DNA of 64,000 bases. It comes from Paragordius varius. Its lineage: Eukaryota; Animalia; Nematomorpha. The stretch lies in NCBI GenBank assembly GCA_964247055.1, contig OZ176051.1, positions 1,550,001-1,614,000 of the forward strand, in the 5' to 3' direction. Positions 25,332 to 37,299 of the stretch are shown here, one piece after another; position 1 is the stretch's first letter; each line of letters opens with the position of its first letter. The translations under genes and the position numbers were made by a program. The notes under the pieces are model-generated. The model saw only the letters and a program-made list of their open reading frames with translations. It was not told where the DNA came from and ran no database searches.

Positions 25332-27655
25332 AGTATATATTACATTTGATTTATCGATATTTTTTATTAACAATTAAGATTAAAAAATACATTAATATGC
25401 GGAAATCATTTGAATCGTCCAAAATTAGAACAACAAATTTTTTATGGTATAAAATCCTAAATTTATAATAAAAATTTAGATCAAATAAGATAAACCAAAT
25501 TATAAATATATTTTAAGGCGACCAAATACAAATTGAAATTTAATAAAATTACGTCCTAAGTAATAGGATTACCATTTATAAATTCACAAAGAATGTCTTT
25601 TTGCACATGAGCCAATTCGCGTTCAAAAAAATGCTCAGATCCAAAATCTAGGATAGTAAATGTTTCCGAACATATCCAAACATAATTATTTTTGAGAGCC
25701 AAATCGAAACTTTCTTCAGTTTTATTGACTTCATCGGTGTTTAAAGAAGTAAGAAGAAACGTTTTGGCAAAAGTCAATAAAATGTTTTGTATAACGTGCA
25801 AATGATGTACCAAGAAAAGACAATCGTTAAAGAATATCACTACATGAAAAATTGGAGTTATTTGAATTACAATTAAAAATAAATATAAGAGTTATATTTG
25901 GTGTTTGTAAAAAATTATTTTTAAAAAAGGTCCTCGATAAAAAATATCTGAACTACCTTATATATAAATTCCAAACCTTAAATATCTATATATATATATA
26001 TAATTTGATAGGAGTCTGCATCTAAAATTTAATATAAATCTATATTGACGTTTCCAAACTATTATCTAGTATTTCGAATATTTCAACCGCAATTATTAGA
26101 TTTCGACTTTTTTTCCTGCTGTTAACTGTTGCCCAAAGATATTAAAACTATTTTAAATAACTTTTTTTATATAAAACTGTTTATTACACCATTACAACAT
26201 AAGTCATCTCTTTTAGGTTTTGGAAAGCCGTAAAGCAAATTATTACAAATTAAAAATATTATTAATATATATTTTCACGTAATATCTATATATATATTAT
26301 TGGATATAGGTCTAGCTAGCATTATTTTTTTTAAATTTATGGTTAAAAACACTAAAAAAACAGAAATTAAAATAGGAACATGATCCAAGTTTTAACATAT
26401 ATTACAGGAATAATAAAAAAGAAATATTTACTAGGTAAAACTGGTAATGTTAAATTCTCATATTTTGGTGGTGCGAAAATACGAAAAAGTTCTACGCTAA
26501 TTTTTAACCCATGCAAAGTGGCAGAAATATATTGCAAAAGTTGAATAATTTGTAATGATATATTGGTCTTGACATTGCAAACTGTATTGAGCGTTTGAAT
26601 TAAATTTGTGAAGACAATGTACAATAGTTTCTCTAAAGCCACACTAGGTGTAAAATTTTATTATGGATGTATGTTAGTAAAATTGTTTTCTTATTGCTTT
26701 TAATGATTTATAATTTGCATTTTAATCACAAATTAAACCGTATAAATTGATTTTGGTTAGGAAGATGGTGTCATACTTTTTAAAAAAAATTATGCTATAC
26801 CATTTACAATTTATATTCACCCTTAAAAAATTCAAAATTATCCTAAAAATAACTTATGTGTTTTCGGGCTATTATAACTCATCATTATGTTATTTCTGTA
26901 TGGCTGAATTCATTTTTTCGGTATTATTTTAAATTTGAATAAAATTTCATTTTTTTAAAAAAAATTTAAAATATAGGTAATTTTAATCCTAATAAACACA
27001 AATTTGTTTTAGGGGTCGAGGTTTGAATTGTTAAAGGTATATAAACTAATTATAATTATATCTAATATAAAATAAATTATAATTAATCAAACTTTTAAAA
27101 GTAAAAATAATTAAAATAAAAACGTCCGAATAAAAAAATTATATAATATTGGATCATACCTAATTTGATATTCCGAATCATGGATTTGATCAATGTAAAA
27201 ATATTTTCCCCAATCAATATCTTTTATACCATTGTCTTCCATTGTACATTCTTTTGCTTTGGTTAATTTTATTGAATCATTGAGAAAACATGCAGATTTT
27301 GCAATTCGTTCTAAATCTAAAAAATAAAAGTCATTTAAAATTCAAACAATTCGAAAAAAATCAAATAATAACCTACCTTGTTTAGCTTTAGCAGAAGATA
27401 CTGTTTTTAAATAAGATCCACGCAAATTTATACACTCTTTAATAATTTTTCTACTGTTTCCAGCTATTTTTGCCATGTGTAAATTTATAAATTTTGTAAA
27501 AAAATCTTTTCGTATTTGATCCAGAGATATGGCGTCAAAATTAAAATTAAAGTATTTTATAGCAGAAGATTGAATTCGGGTGCAATAATCTTGCAAGGCT
27601 TTTACAAACACTTGATATTCCTAAATAAGCAAACTTGATAATTTTATTTAAATGA

Positions 27656-27696
<41 letters not shown>

Positions 27697-29470
27697 AAGT
27701 GTAAAACCTCATAATTTGTAGGAATGTTGGGTTCAAATACTTCATTTATTGCAGCAGTGTGCAAATCACAAAATATTTTTTTAATTTGTGCTTGAAGAGT
27801 ACCAAAACATTCATATTTCATGGGTGTTGTTGATGGATCCGTTAAAGTTATTGATTTTAAATCCTCAACATTGAAATTTGAAAGATGGTGCTTTTTCGAA
27901 AGATTGCTAAGGTAAATTAAATCTGAGGAAGTTAATTCAATACAGGATTGTAAATCTTGGGGTTGAATAAGACATACTTTGGATAAAAATGAAAATATTT
28001 CTTCCGTATTTTGACAGAATTTTTGCATTCTTTGAGCGAAAGAAATGGAGTGTTTGTCATTCACAACCTCCTTTAGTTCTATTATTGCGGTTCCATCATC
28101 TAAATATAAAGAAATATACAAGTTATAAAATTCCAAAATAAATAATTCAACTATATTAACCATAATATTTGATATCGAAATTGTTTCTTAACTTTAATAT
28201 ATTCTGCCTAAGTCATATATAATTGGCAGAAGTTTAATAATCGATTGAAAAATTTTAAACATTACGCATAATAAATAATTCGTTCGCGTAAATCTAAGAT
28301 GTGTATTTTTAAAAAAATATTTTACAAAACCTTTACCTAACTAGTTATAAAATCCGCAATTTATATTTATTTTCGGAATGTAGGTTTGTCATCAGTCAAC
28401 TTAACCATAGGTCAAAACTCGATAATTACATTTCGTAACTTATTGTTTAAAAATATATGAATTAAACTATAATGAAAATATTAATTTAAGAAAAAATAAT
28501 AATTTGCATAAAGATTCCAATTTACACTTATAAAAATATATTTGTCAAAATTGATATTGAATTATGTAAATTTCATAGATATAAAATTTTGTTTAAAATG
28601 CTCAAGTTAGGAAATTAAAATTAATATACCTTTATTAGACATAGATTGATGTATATCTATATGTACGGAAGAATTTATGTTTTTGTAACACTCAATCACG
28701 GGCTTGATAAAAAAATGCTTGATTTTGTCAAATAAAATTTCGTTAAGGTTTGTTAACATCTCTTCATCATTCCATATATGAGAAATATACTTTCCCAATA
28801 ACCCAAATATCGATTCGGAAAAATTTAGTATTTTTAATTGAGTCGAAATAGTTTTATCTAAATTAAAATATGGATTACCACACGATATATTATTGGTTAA
28901 GCAATTATTCAAATTAACAAATAAATCATCTAATAGCTCATGCGTTAAACTAATGTTTTCGCCTTCTATTTTTAATTGTTGGGCTAACACAGCAATATAT
29001 TTGACTCTTAAAACAATATCCTTTAATGATATAGAATCAGTCTGCTCGACCATAATTTTTATTAAATCTAATATATCATATTGAGTAAGCAATTTTTCTT
29101 TTTCGGATATTGCCGCTAATAAAATCGTTTTTGCCTTCTCCAAACTTGATATTCTCGCATTTATGCCCTCAATTCCTTTAATTTTCTATATTATAATCAA
29201 AAAAATTTACATCTTTAACAAACTTTTGATATTTTTTTTGTTCTTCTTCATGATATCTATAGTTTTGAACATTATGCCATAAAATTTTTGCAATATCTAA
29301 TGCGTCACTAATATCGGTATCCGAAAATTTACAAATGCTTTCATACTGATTGCACAGGGTCATAACATGAAACGTGAACAGTGTGTCAAAATCTTCGCAT
29401 CTGTTTTTTAACACTTTACCTTTTTTGTCCTAGACATTTTGGGGAACTTACCCAAAGCTCAGTTCTATAC
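23870..29470 (-). CDS. ZW10: Centromere/kinetochore protein ZW10 homolog, multi-exon; start codon not resolved
   Basis: The last exon LEASMKEIALIW...RHLLRALFQNNEMRKFVLEQIK* matches the ZW10 C-terminus as I recall it (LQASLQEIGDRW...[20 protein letters not shown]). The previous exon has IMEKLISIEDFSVQCSERL (compare ITALEDISTEDGDRL). Same-strand exon ORFs lie at 24522-24800, 25556-25840, 26367-26642, 27342-27611, 27648-28163, 28607-29143 and 29178-29414, with micro-introns at 29186-29210 and 29430-29451. Confidence 0.78.
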
Positions 29471-29827
29471 CTTAATTAATAATTAATTATTGTTTCCATG
29501 TATTAGATAAAAAAGCTTAATTTTTTACAATTTTGTGACTTCTAGAATCTAAAGCAACACCAAAGCCCGATTAAAATGAACAGCTGATATAAAATCAAAA
29601 TATATCAAGTTTTTGATGGTTAAATTTAACCTAAAAGCTTTTTAAAGTTAATTATTTATATTTTCTATACATAATATACACCAACTGTGCCATTGGCGAT
29701 TTAAAAAAATTATATAAAAAATGGGGCAAAATAGTTTGAGATGAGGATTTTAATACAATTTTACAAATTTGAAAAAAAATATTAAAATACGCTTAGTCAG
29801 CTAAAGCATATTTTAAATTCAGATTAA

Positions 29828-30451
29828 CATTTGGATACAGTACATGCATTTCAGTCCTTCGATTCAAATTGGGGTCGTTAGATACCCCAAACTTATATAT
29901 TAAAATGGTAAAAGTGTACACTTATATAACATTAAACCGAAATATAAAAAATTTCAGTCAAAAAAATCTCATATTACTTAATTATAGGTAAAATCCAAGG
30001 TAAAAATTAAACTAACATGACATGTGTGCAGATGCTAAATGTAAAATAAATGAAAAAATGAGCACTTTTCTGTTTATATTTATGTTAAATGTGATTTTAA
30101 AAAAAAAATAAAATTAATTTTATTCTTAGAATCAAATAAACGCGATATTTTGCAAAAATTTGTAAAATAATTATGGCGTCGAAGTAGTAGTATCCAGAAA
30201 AGGGTGTGACAGGCTTACTCCTTACCGCCACTCTCCGCACCCGACGACCCTTACCGCCTTCCCTACGCTTTTACGCGCCTCAGGGCAGAGGGACGTTAAA
30301 ATCATTTTTAACTAAATTTTCTTTAGCTATTGCGGTTTTTTAGATATTTTTTATTAGGATCGAAGCATTAATTCAAATTGGGCCTTTCCATTCAGTATTT
30401 TTTAAAATTTAAACCAAATATAGTCTGGGGTGTCTAAAAGGTCATGGAGTG
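29828..30451. mobile_element. TTAA-flanked (piggyBac-type) MITE family B, copy with a GC-rich insert
   Basis: TTAA|catttggatac ... ggagtg|TTAA. The internal blocks ttcgattcaaattggggt, tgacatgtgtgca and atggcgtcgaagtagt are shared with the other copies. Confidence 0.7.
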
Positions 30452-31792
30452 TTAAATATTTTTGTAAATAAAAAATTCATTGTAGTGAAGTATTAATAAA
30501 TTCGCAAACCTCATAGAAAGCATTTTGAATATGACTCTATCGGTAAGGATATTTTAATTTAAAATTGCTATGGTAAAAACTACCTTAAATGGTATAAACT
30601 CTTCGAGTCAAATTGAAGTATCTAAATCACAAACTATATTTAAGTTAAAATTTTTGAAAAACTTCTTAAAGAACGGTCCCAATGTAAATTGATGCTCCTA
30701 TTCTAATAAAAATTATATTAAGCAGTGGCGAAACTACGGGGAGCTAGCGGGAGCAGTGCGGAAGTAATCAATGCAAAACAGGTGCCCTTTTTTTATTATT
30801 TATATTAAATTTGGGAACCCTTTCTATTTTGCGGAGGGGCCCAAAATTTATTATCTTTTTTTATTTACTGATATGTAATAAGTAATTATTGCCGATTGTA
30901 AGAATATTGGCAAAAATAAAGAGAAGATTAAAAAAGAAAAAGCGAAAAATGCATTTTTTGCATTATCTCAACAATCGGTTTTATTATAAGTTGATAATTA
31001 ATAAACACATTTAAATTCTCTCCAGTTAAAACCTTAAAAAAGTGAAAAAGAAAATATAAATAATTTAGAGATAGTTGACACTATAAATTAAGTCAAGCTT
31101 ATAAATTTTCAAATCCTAAATTATTCTGTTATTCAAAATTATAGTATTATAGTTTTAAGAGAAACAAAATTTTGACAGATGTAATTTTATCTGCTTTATA
31201 ATTATTACCAATAAAATATTTGCAATAATCCATATAGCGTAAAAATATATTTAGTTTTTTAATGTATTGTGAAAGACAATTTACATATTTTAATTTTTAT
31301 AAGGAATTGGGTTCATGTAAATTTTAGTATTGAGTTAAAAGAGAAAAAGCAAAAAATGCATTTTTTTTCACCATTAAATTTTAGCCATAATGTTATTGTT
31401 TGTTCTTTTATTAATTCCGGGCAGTTTTAATAGTAAACAAAAAAAGGAGGGAAAAAAATATTCATTATAACAATATTCTCTAACAAGTAATCTCAATTTA
31501 TGATTATACAATATGCAATTTAATAGTGGCCCACACACATTAATGTTGGCCAATTCATATTACAGCAAAGCATGTGAAATAACAATAATATAAAATATGT
31601 TTTTCAATGCATACATCGTAAATGAATGAATTTTTTTTGAATAATTGTTATTTCACATACTTTAATGTACAATGAATTGGCCGACAGTTAACTGGTATAC
31701 ATTAATGTGCTTTATTTTTCTAATGTTTATGCATGTTATTTTCAAATTTATTTTTATAAAACATATTTTCGATAAACTACCACACACTAAAA

Positions 31793-32316
31793 CAGGGGTC
31801 GGCAATTTTTTTCAGCGGGCCATTCTCAAAATTAAATCTTGGCGGTCGGCATATTTTTCCATTAAATTAGTACAGTTATACATATTTATCAGTCCTTCGA
31901 ACCGGAACCTGGTTCCTGTTTACTGAACCGATTCCTCTTCTATTTTTAAATTAGATCACGGTTCTAGTTTTACTTTGGGGCTGGTTCGAGGCCCCGTTAT
32001 TGTAATTTTAAAAGGCATATTACCATAAAAATATTTTAAATTTTGACAAGACAGCTGTCAAAATTTATCCGAATTTCGAAAATATAACTTTTATTAGTTT
32101 ATATTTATGAATTTTTCCCCCTGTTATTTTTAGGTAGGCCCGTATTCCGCGAATATGTTCACAATGTGTTTATATGAAATTGAGTCTTCATATCAAAATA
32201 GGTTTACAATTATGCCCATGTTAGTGACATTACGTCATGGTTTATATTTAATCATTTTAAAAATATTATGATCACTACCTTGGAGGCCGCACAAAAGGAA
32301 AGGTTGCCGACCTCTG
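31793..32316. mobile_element. hAT-type MITE
   Basis: TIRs caggggtcggcaa / ttgccgacctctg. Flanks cactaaaa and aacttaaa match at 6/8 positions. Confidence 0.65.
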
Positions 32317-32420
32317 AACTTAAAAATTTTGGAGATTCGCATCATGTTGTCATAATAATCGCATAGGTGTAAAATAATTTATTACACAATATAAAATTCT
32401 AAATGATTTTTATTTCTTAG

Positions 32421-32955
32421 TGCCAAACTGCGGAGCGCAAAAACGAAAAAGAGCGAAGGAAAACGCAATAAGCGTTTTAAAAATTAAAAAAATGACAGAT
32501 TTTTCAAAACCCATATCCACAAATGTGTACTTTGATGCTAGCTCACGCGAGAAACAAAAAACAGTTGAGATCAGGTTTGACTTCTATTGAACCTAGCTCT
32601 CATTCTAGCTCTACCTCAAATGAGAAAACGGTAGAGATTAGCAACAAAAGTGTAAATGATTTGGATAGTTCGAGTCATACTAATGTGAAACGTAGTTTAT
32701 GCCGTTTGATGAGTTATTAATTATTAAGTACCGAACGGTTTAAGCCAGTTCTGATGAAGTTATAACATCATTATTGCTTTGACACTACCAGTTACCGTTG
32801 CTACAGCGGAACGCTACTTCTTAAAGTTAAAAATAATTAAAAATTATATTAGAATCACGATGGCTGAATAAAGGTTAAGCAATTTAACGTTACTAACAAT
32901 GGAAGCGGGGATGGCGGATCAAATGGATAAAAAAAGGATGATTAGAAAATTTGTT
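32421..32955 (+). pseudogene. Internally deleted hAT transposase remnant (ZMYM1-like)
   Basis: The N-terminal motif GAQKRKRAKE...KMTDF is followed by the hATC dimerisation motif IALTLPVTVATAERYFLKLKIIKNYIRITMAE*RLSNLTLLTME at 32773-32900, which has an in-frame stop. The catalytic core is missing. Confidence 0.8.
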
Positions 32956-34304
32956 ATATAATGTATTAAGCCGAATTAAAAAATATGCTTTCTCTAGCAT
33001 TATAGGCGCATAGATAAATTTTTTTAAAAAATGTAAATTTGTAAATTAATCCACATTTTTAACATTTTTGCCGCCATTTTTTCTACAAATATATAAGTCG
33101 CTTCTCCAACAGGCAAATAAATGTATATTATGGTTAGAAAATGTTTAATTAACTTTGAGAAGCTTTCAGGCTGCATTTTACCAGAAAAATTTTTATATAT
33201 AACAACAGATGTTCGTTTCCATCGTGTTTTGGAGCTGTCCTTTTAAACTCTAGAAGTCCAAAAATGTAAAAATATAAGATTTTTTATCTAAAACATTGGT
33301 ATGTTTGATAATTAAATTTTAAATAAAAATAACTTTTAAAACTGTGGTATATTTACATTGAGCTCTGGGATATGAAACTACCCCAAAAAGTAAATTAAAA
33401 AAAGTAAAAAGGTTGAATTGACAATAATTAACAGTGCGAAAGAGCAATGTTCTGACCGAAAATATGCAACATATCTTTTAAGTTTATTTTAAAAAACATA
33501 TTTTAATATAATTTTATAAAATTTATTAATCATAAATTTTTTTTGATTTACTTTTACTAACACTTGCAAATAAAATAATTATTTGATAAGCATCAATATA
33601 AGAGGAGTGTTCAACTTGTGGTCCGCAGCCATTAGGCGGCATTTGCCAAATTTGTTTGCGTCCCAAAAATTAACAATAAAATATAAAAGTTCTATTAAAA
33701 AAGAAAATATTGAGCATCCGTACTCTTATTTTTGGATCATTTCTACCAAAAAATTCCAAGAACGGGTTTACAACCCTTTTAAAACAACAACCAGGGTTTT
33801 GAATGATGAAAATTATATTTTTTTATTATTATAGATATACTATATTGATGATTATTTTTACATTTTTCGAACCTGAAATATATATTTGAAAATAATAGGA
33901 ACTATTTTAGTGTTATGTAAATATCTTGTAGCATTTTAAAAGGAGTTTGAGAAAATGGAACATGCTTTTGAAAACCATTGAAATCAGAACCGAAATTATT
34001 TTGTCCAAACCCGTTTTTGTAAAATATTTACAAACGGATTCAGAGTCAAAAAAGGTTACCCAAAACCTAAAAATATGCTTTTCATAAAAAAATTTAAATT
34101 AATTATCAATAAGATATAGATTCGAAAGTTCCACACCAAATTGCGCTAATTGAAATATTAAAATTTTTTTACTAATAATAGCAATTTAAGTTATAACCGT
34201 GTAATTTATAAAAATATTGAGAGTAAAAATAATTAAATTAACAGTCTAGTACTTGAACCCAAATAGCCTAAATTTTTTGGCTTAGAATACATATAATCTT
34301 AGTT

Positions 34305-35414
34305 ATAAAAATGGAAAATTCTGGTTGTGATCTGGCACAGGAAAACCGGTAGACCCATTTCCAAGCTTCGAAAAAATATAATCATTAATGAATGCCCCGA
34401 CAATAGCTTCGCCCTTTTTTTGAAATAGGCCCCCAGTTCGGGCCCAACCCGTAGAGAAACGGGTTTTTTTTGAAAATAGAAGTCCACAAAAATCGTGTCT
34501 TTACAATTTTCTGAAGAACGTGTTGGACCATTCGATTTCAAATATGATTTTTGTTTATTTATTTTTGATCACGCTGAAGAAAAGTCGATTCACTTTTTTG
34601 ATTTAGGCCCTCTTTTTACCCGCTACCCCCGTAAAATGCAATTTTTTCAAAAAACAAAGTCCACAGAAATAATTTTTAAAATCTATTTTTCGCCCTAGGT
34701 ATGAGACCGTAAAAATTAAATATGGATTCCACGTATTCCCTGTTAAAAGGCAAAAATTATAGTTAGGCGTTTCTTTGATAATAGCTGCTGGGTAAGGAGC
34801 TACCAGCTAAAAACTGATTCCACATGTAACTTTGTGATCCGTTTCCGGGAAACCGGTGAACCCAATCAAATCCAAATATCGAAAAAATATAATCATTAAT
34901 GACCGACAATAGCTTCGCCTTTTTTTGGAATTAGGTCCCCAGTTCGGGCCTACCCACGTGTGAAAAATGGGTTGAGTCAATTTTTTGAAGAACGTGTTGG
35001 ACCATTCGATTTCAAATATGATTTTTGTTTACTTATTTTTGATCTCGCTGAACATAGTGGACTCACTTTTTTGATTTAGGCCCTCTTTTTACCTGCTCCC
35101 CCCGTAAAATGCCATTTTTTTCAAAAAACAAAGTCCACAAAAATAATTTTTTAAATCTATTTTTCGCCCTAGGTATGAGACCGTAAAAATTCAATATGGT
35201 TCCACGTATTCCCTGTTAAAAGGCAAAAATTTTAGTCTGGCGTTTCTTTGATGATAGCTGCTGGGTAAGGGGCTACCAGCTAAAAACTGATTCCACATAC
35301 AACTTTGTGATCTGGTACCGGAAAACCAGTTGACCCATTCAAATCCAAACTTCGATACCCCCCCAGAAGTCCGAAAGACTTCCTCGGGCTGCGTAGCAGC
35401 ACGAGATTTACGCT
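34305..35414. repeat. Repeat family A, copy 3, with ~470-510-bp tandem units
   Basis: Unit starts (gatc...aaacc) at ~34330, ~34837 and ~35309. It has the same terminus as copy 2 (cgggctgcgtagcagcacgagatttacgct). Confidence 0.85.
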
Positions 35415-35452
35415 TTATAATATTTTTAATTTTCGTAGTAGATCAATATGTA

Positions 35453-35973
35453 TACCATTTGCGCTTTAAGAATGTCCTAACACTTCAAATTTGAACACTT
35501 CAAGTTGGTCCTTCCATTCAAGTTGATCTTAAATTTCTAAAGTTTGTAACCATGATATTTTTTTTATTTTTTAACTTAATTTTCTTAAAAAATTTTTTAT
35601 TAAAAAACCACTTTTTTTGTTTCAATTTTTCAAATTTAACAAAATTATTAACTTAAAAATGTTTTTAATGAAAATTAAGAACCCAGAAAACTTATATTTT
35701 TATAATTACGTGTTAAAATCCTATTAAAATGTATATATTTTTAAGGACTTAATAAAGATATACGGTTTCTTAATGATTAAAAATGATATTGATTTAAAGT
35801 TAATGTAAAAATAAAAAATAGGTTAAAAATGATAAAATTGATGAATGGATATACGATTTGATTGGTAAAAGATAAAACAAAAAAAAGTCAAAGGACCAAC
35901 TTGTTTAAGACTAACTTGTTTAAGGACTAACTTGAAGTGAAGTGTTAAGGACACTCTTAAAGTGCAAATGGTA
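35453..35973. mobile_element. Older copy of the same foldback MITE family, opposite orientation
   Basis: Ends are ta|taccatttgcgc and gtgcaaatggta, with degenerate caagttggtcc/ggaccaacttg units. The internal aacccagaaaacttata is the reverse complement of tataagttttctgggt at ~19098. Confidence 0.75.
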
Positions 35974-36250
35974 GTAATCGAAAGCCATTCATTAAACATT
36001 GAAATTTTAAAACAAATATAATAACCCACAACAAGAATATATTCTTTTTTATTTTTCAAATTTTAGGCTCACTATCTCTTTAAAACTCTTTGCAGCCCCA
36101 GTTACAATATTCCTCAAGGGTAAGAATTATTTATATCATGTGTTTTTACTAAAAAAAAATTTTGGCTTTATTTATTTATATTAAACATTCTCAGAACTCT
36201 ATATATTTAAAATATTATGTTCAAAAGTCTTTTTTTCATTGTAAGAGCCA

Positions 36251-37078
36251 TTAACAAAACAACTTTTTTAGGTTTGTTTTCACTCTTATCATTTCGTCTT
36301 GATGCTTAAATATATATTTTTAATACAGTTTTAGTTAAAATTTTGTCATGTATTTTCTCCATTTCAGTCCTCATTTCATTTAATAAATTATTTTTCTGTA
36401 CACTTTGATCCGATTCCAATGATTTATATTCCTAATATTTTAATTTATATGACTTTAATGAATATATGACTAGCATCACGCAATGATTTTAAGTTTTTTA
36501 TCTGCATATTTTTTTGCTGATGTATATATTGAAGTTGTTGCAACAATAATTTCTAGATAAATATAAACCTTACCTCTGTTTTATCTATTTGATCTTTCAT
36601 TAGACAATTCTCTTTCTCCCAAGATTGACATAAACCATTAATTTTTTCATGGAAGCTTTGTAAAATTTTATCCCTATCATTGAAATTAGGATACCTTTCG
36701 ACCGAGTTATTTTTCCAAATTTCGGTAGATTTTTGTTCAAAGTCATTAAATAAATTTTGAGTCCAATTTTCTACTTTTTTCTGTTTATTATTAATTTGTT
36801 TCGATAAATTTTCTAAAGGTTAAGTAATGTTTAACCTTTAAAAATATCCAGTACCTCGGTTAAGCTATTTCTATTAAGATATAAGTAAATATCATACCTA
36901 TCGTCATCATCTGCTCTATCATTGGTAACTTTTTTTCTTTTAATCTTTTGTTTTTCTCCTAAAAATAATGGTCCATTTAACTTGGTGGAGATTCATCAAA
37001 ACTAATTTCCAAATCCTCTAAATCATCTTTAAATTCAGTCAGTTTCATTATTTTTGATTTTCTTTTATCTGTTGACAT
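36251..37078 (-). CDS. SYCP3: Synaptonemal complex protein 3-like (Cor1/XLR/SYCP3 family), 8 exons, 222 aa; absent from the ORF track
   Basis: Exons 36982-37078, 36898-36958, 36836-36870, 36695-36812, 36574-36673, 36454-36552, 36327-36431 and 36251-36304 total 669 nt in frame. The translation includes ...EVLDIFKENLSKQINNKQKKVENWTQN...STEIWKNNSVERDKILQSFHEKINGLCQSWEKE...LLLQQLQYIHQQKNMQIKNLKSL...EMRTEMEKIHDKILTKTHQDEMIRVKTNLKKLFC*. Its Trp spacing and C-terminus are collinear with SYCP3 as I recall it (HVWKTQQDQRQKL...FQQWDLD...[34 protein letters not shown]). Confidence 0.82.
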
Positions 37079-37299
37079 TAATTTATTGGACAAATAAAAC
37101 CAAACGATTAGCGCGTAACAAAAACACAAATAAAATAATCAGACGATTAGATTGCATTAAACAGGTTTAATGTTTATGATTTGATCAAGTCCAAAAAAAT
37201 TACAATAAAAAATACATTTCAAGGTGATTGATAAAATATTGACCAGGCTTTATAAACGTCCCGTCCTCCTACACAATATTTTAATATTTCATAAAAATA

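Noticed and set aside
23870-37078. ZW10 and SYCP3 as a chromosome-segregation gene cluster
   Set aside because: They are separated by about 7 kb of repeats, and neighbouring genes are functionally unrelated. Two genes do not support clustering.
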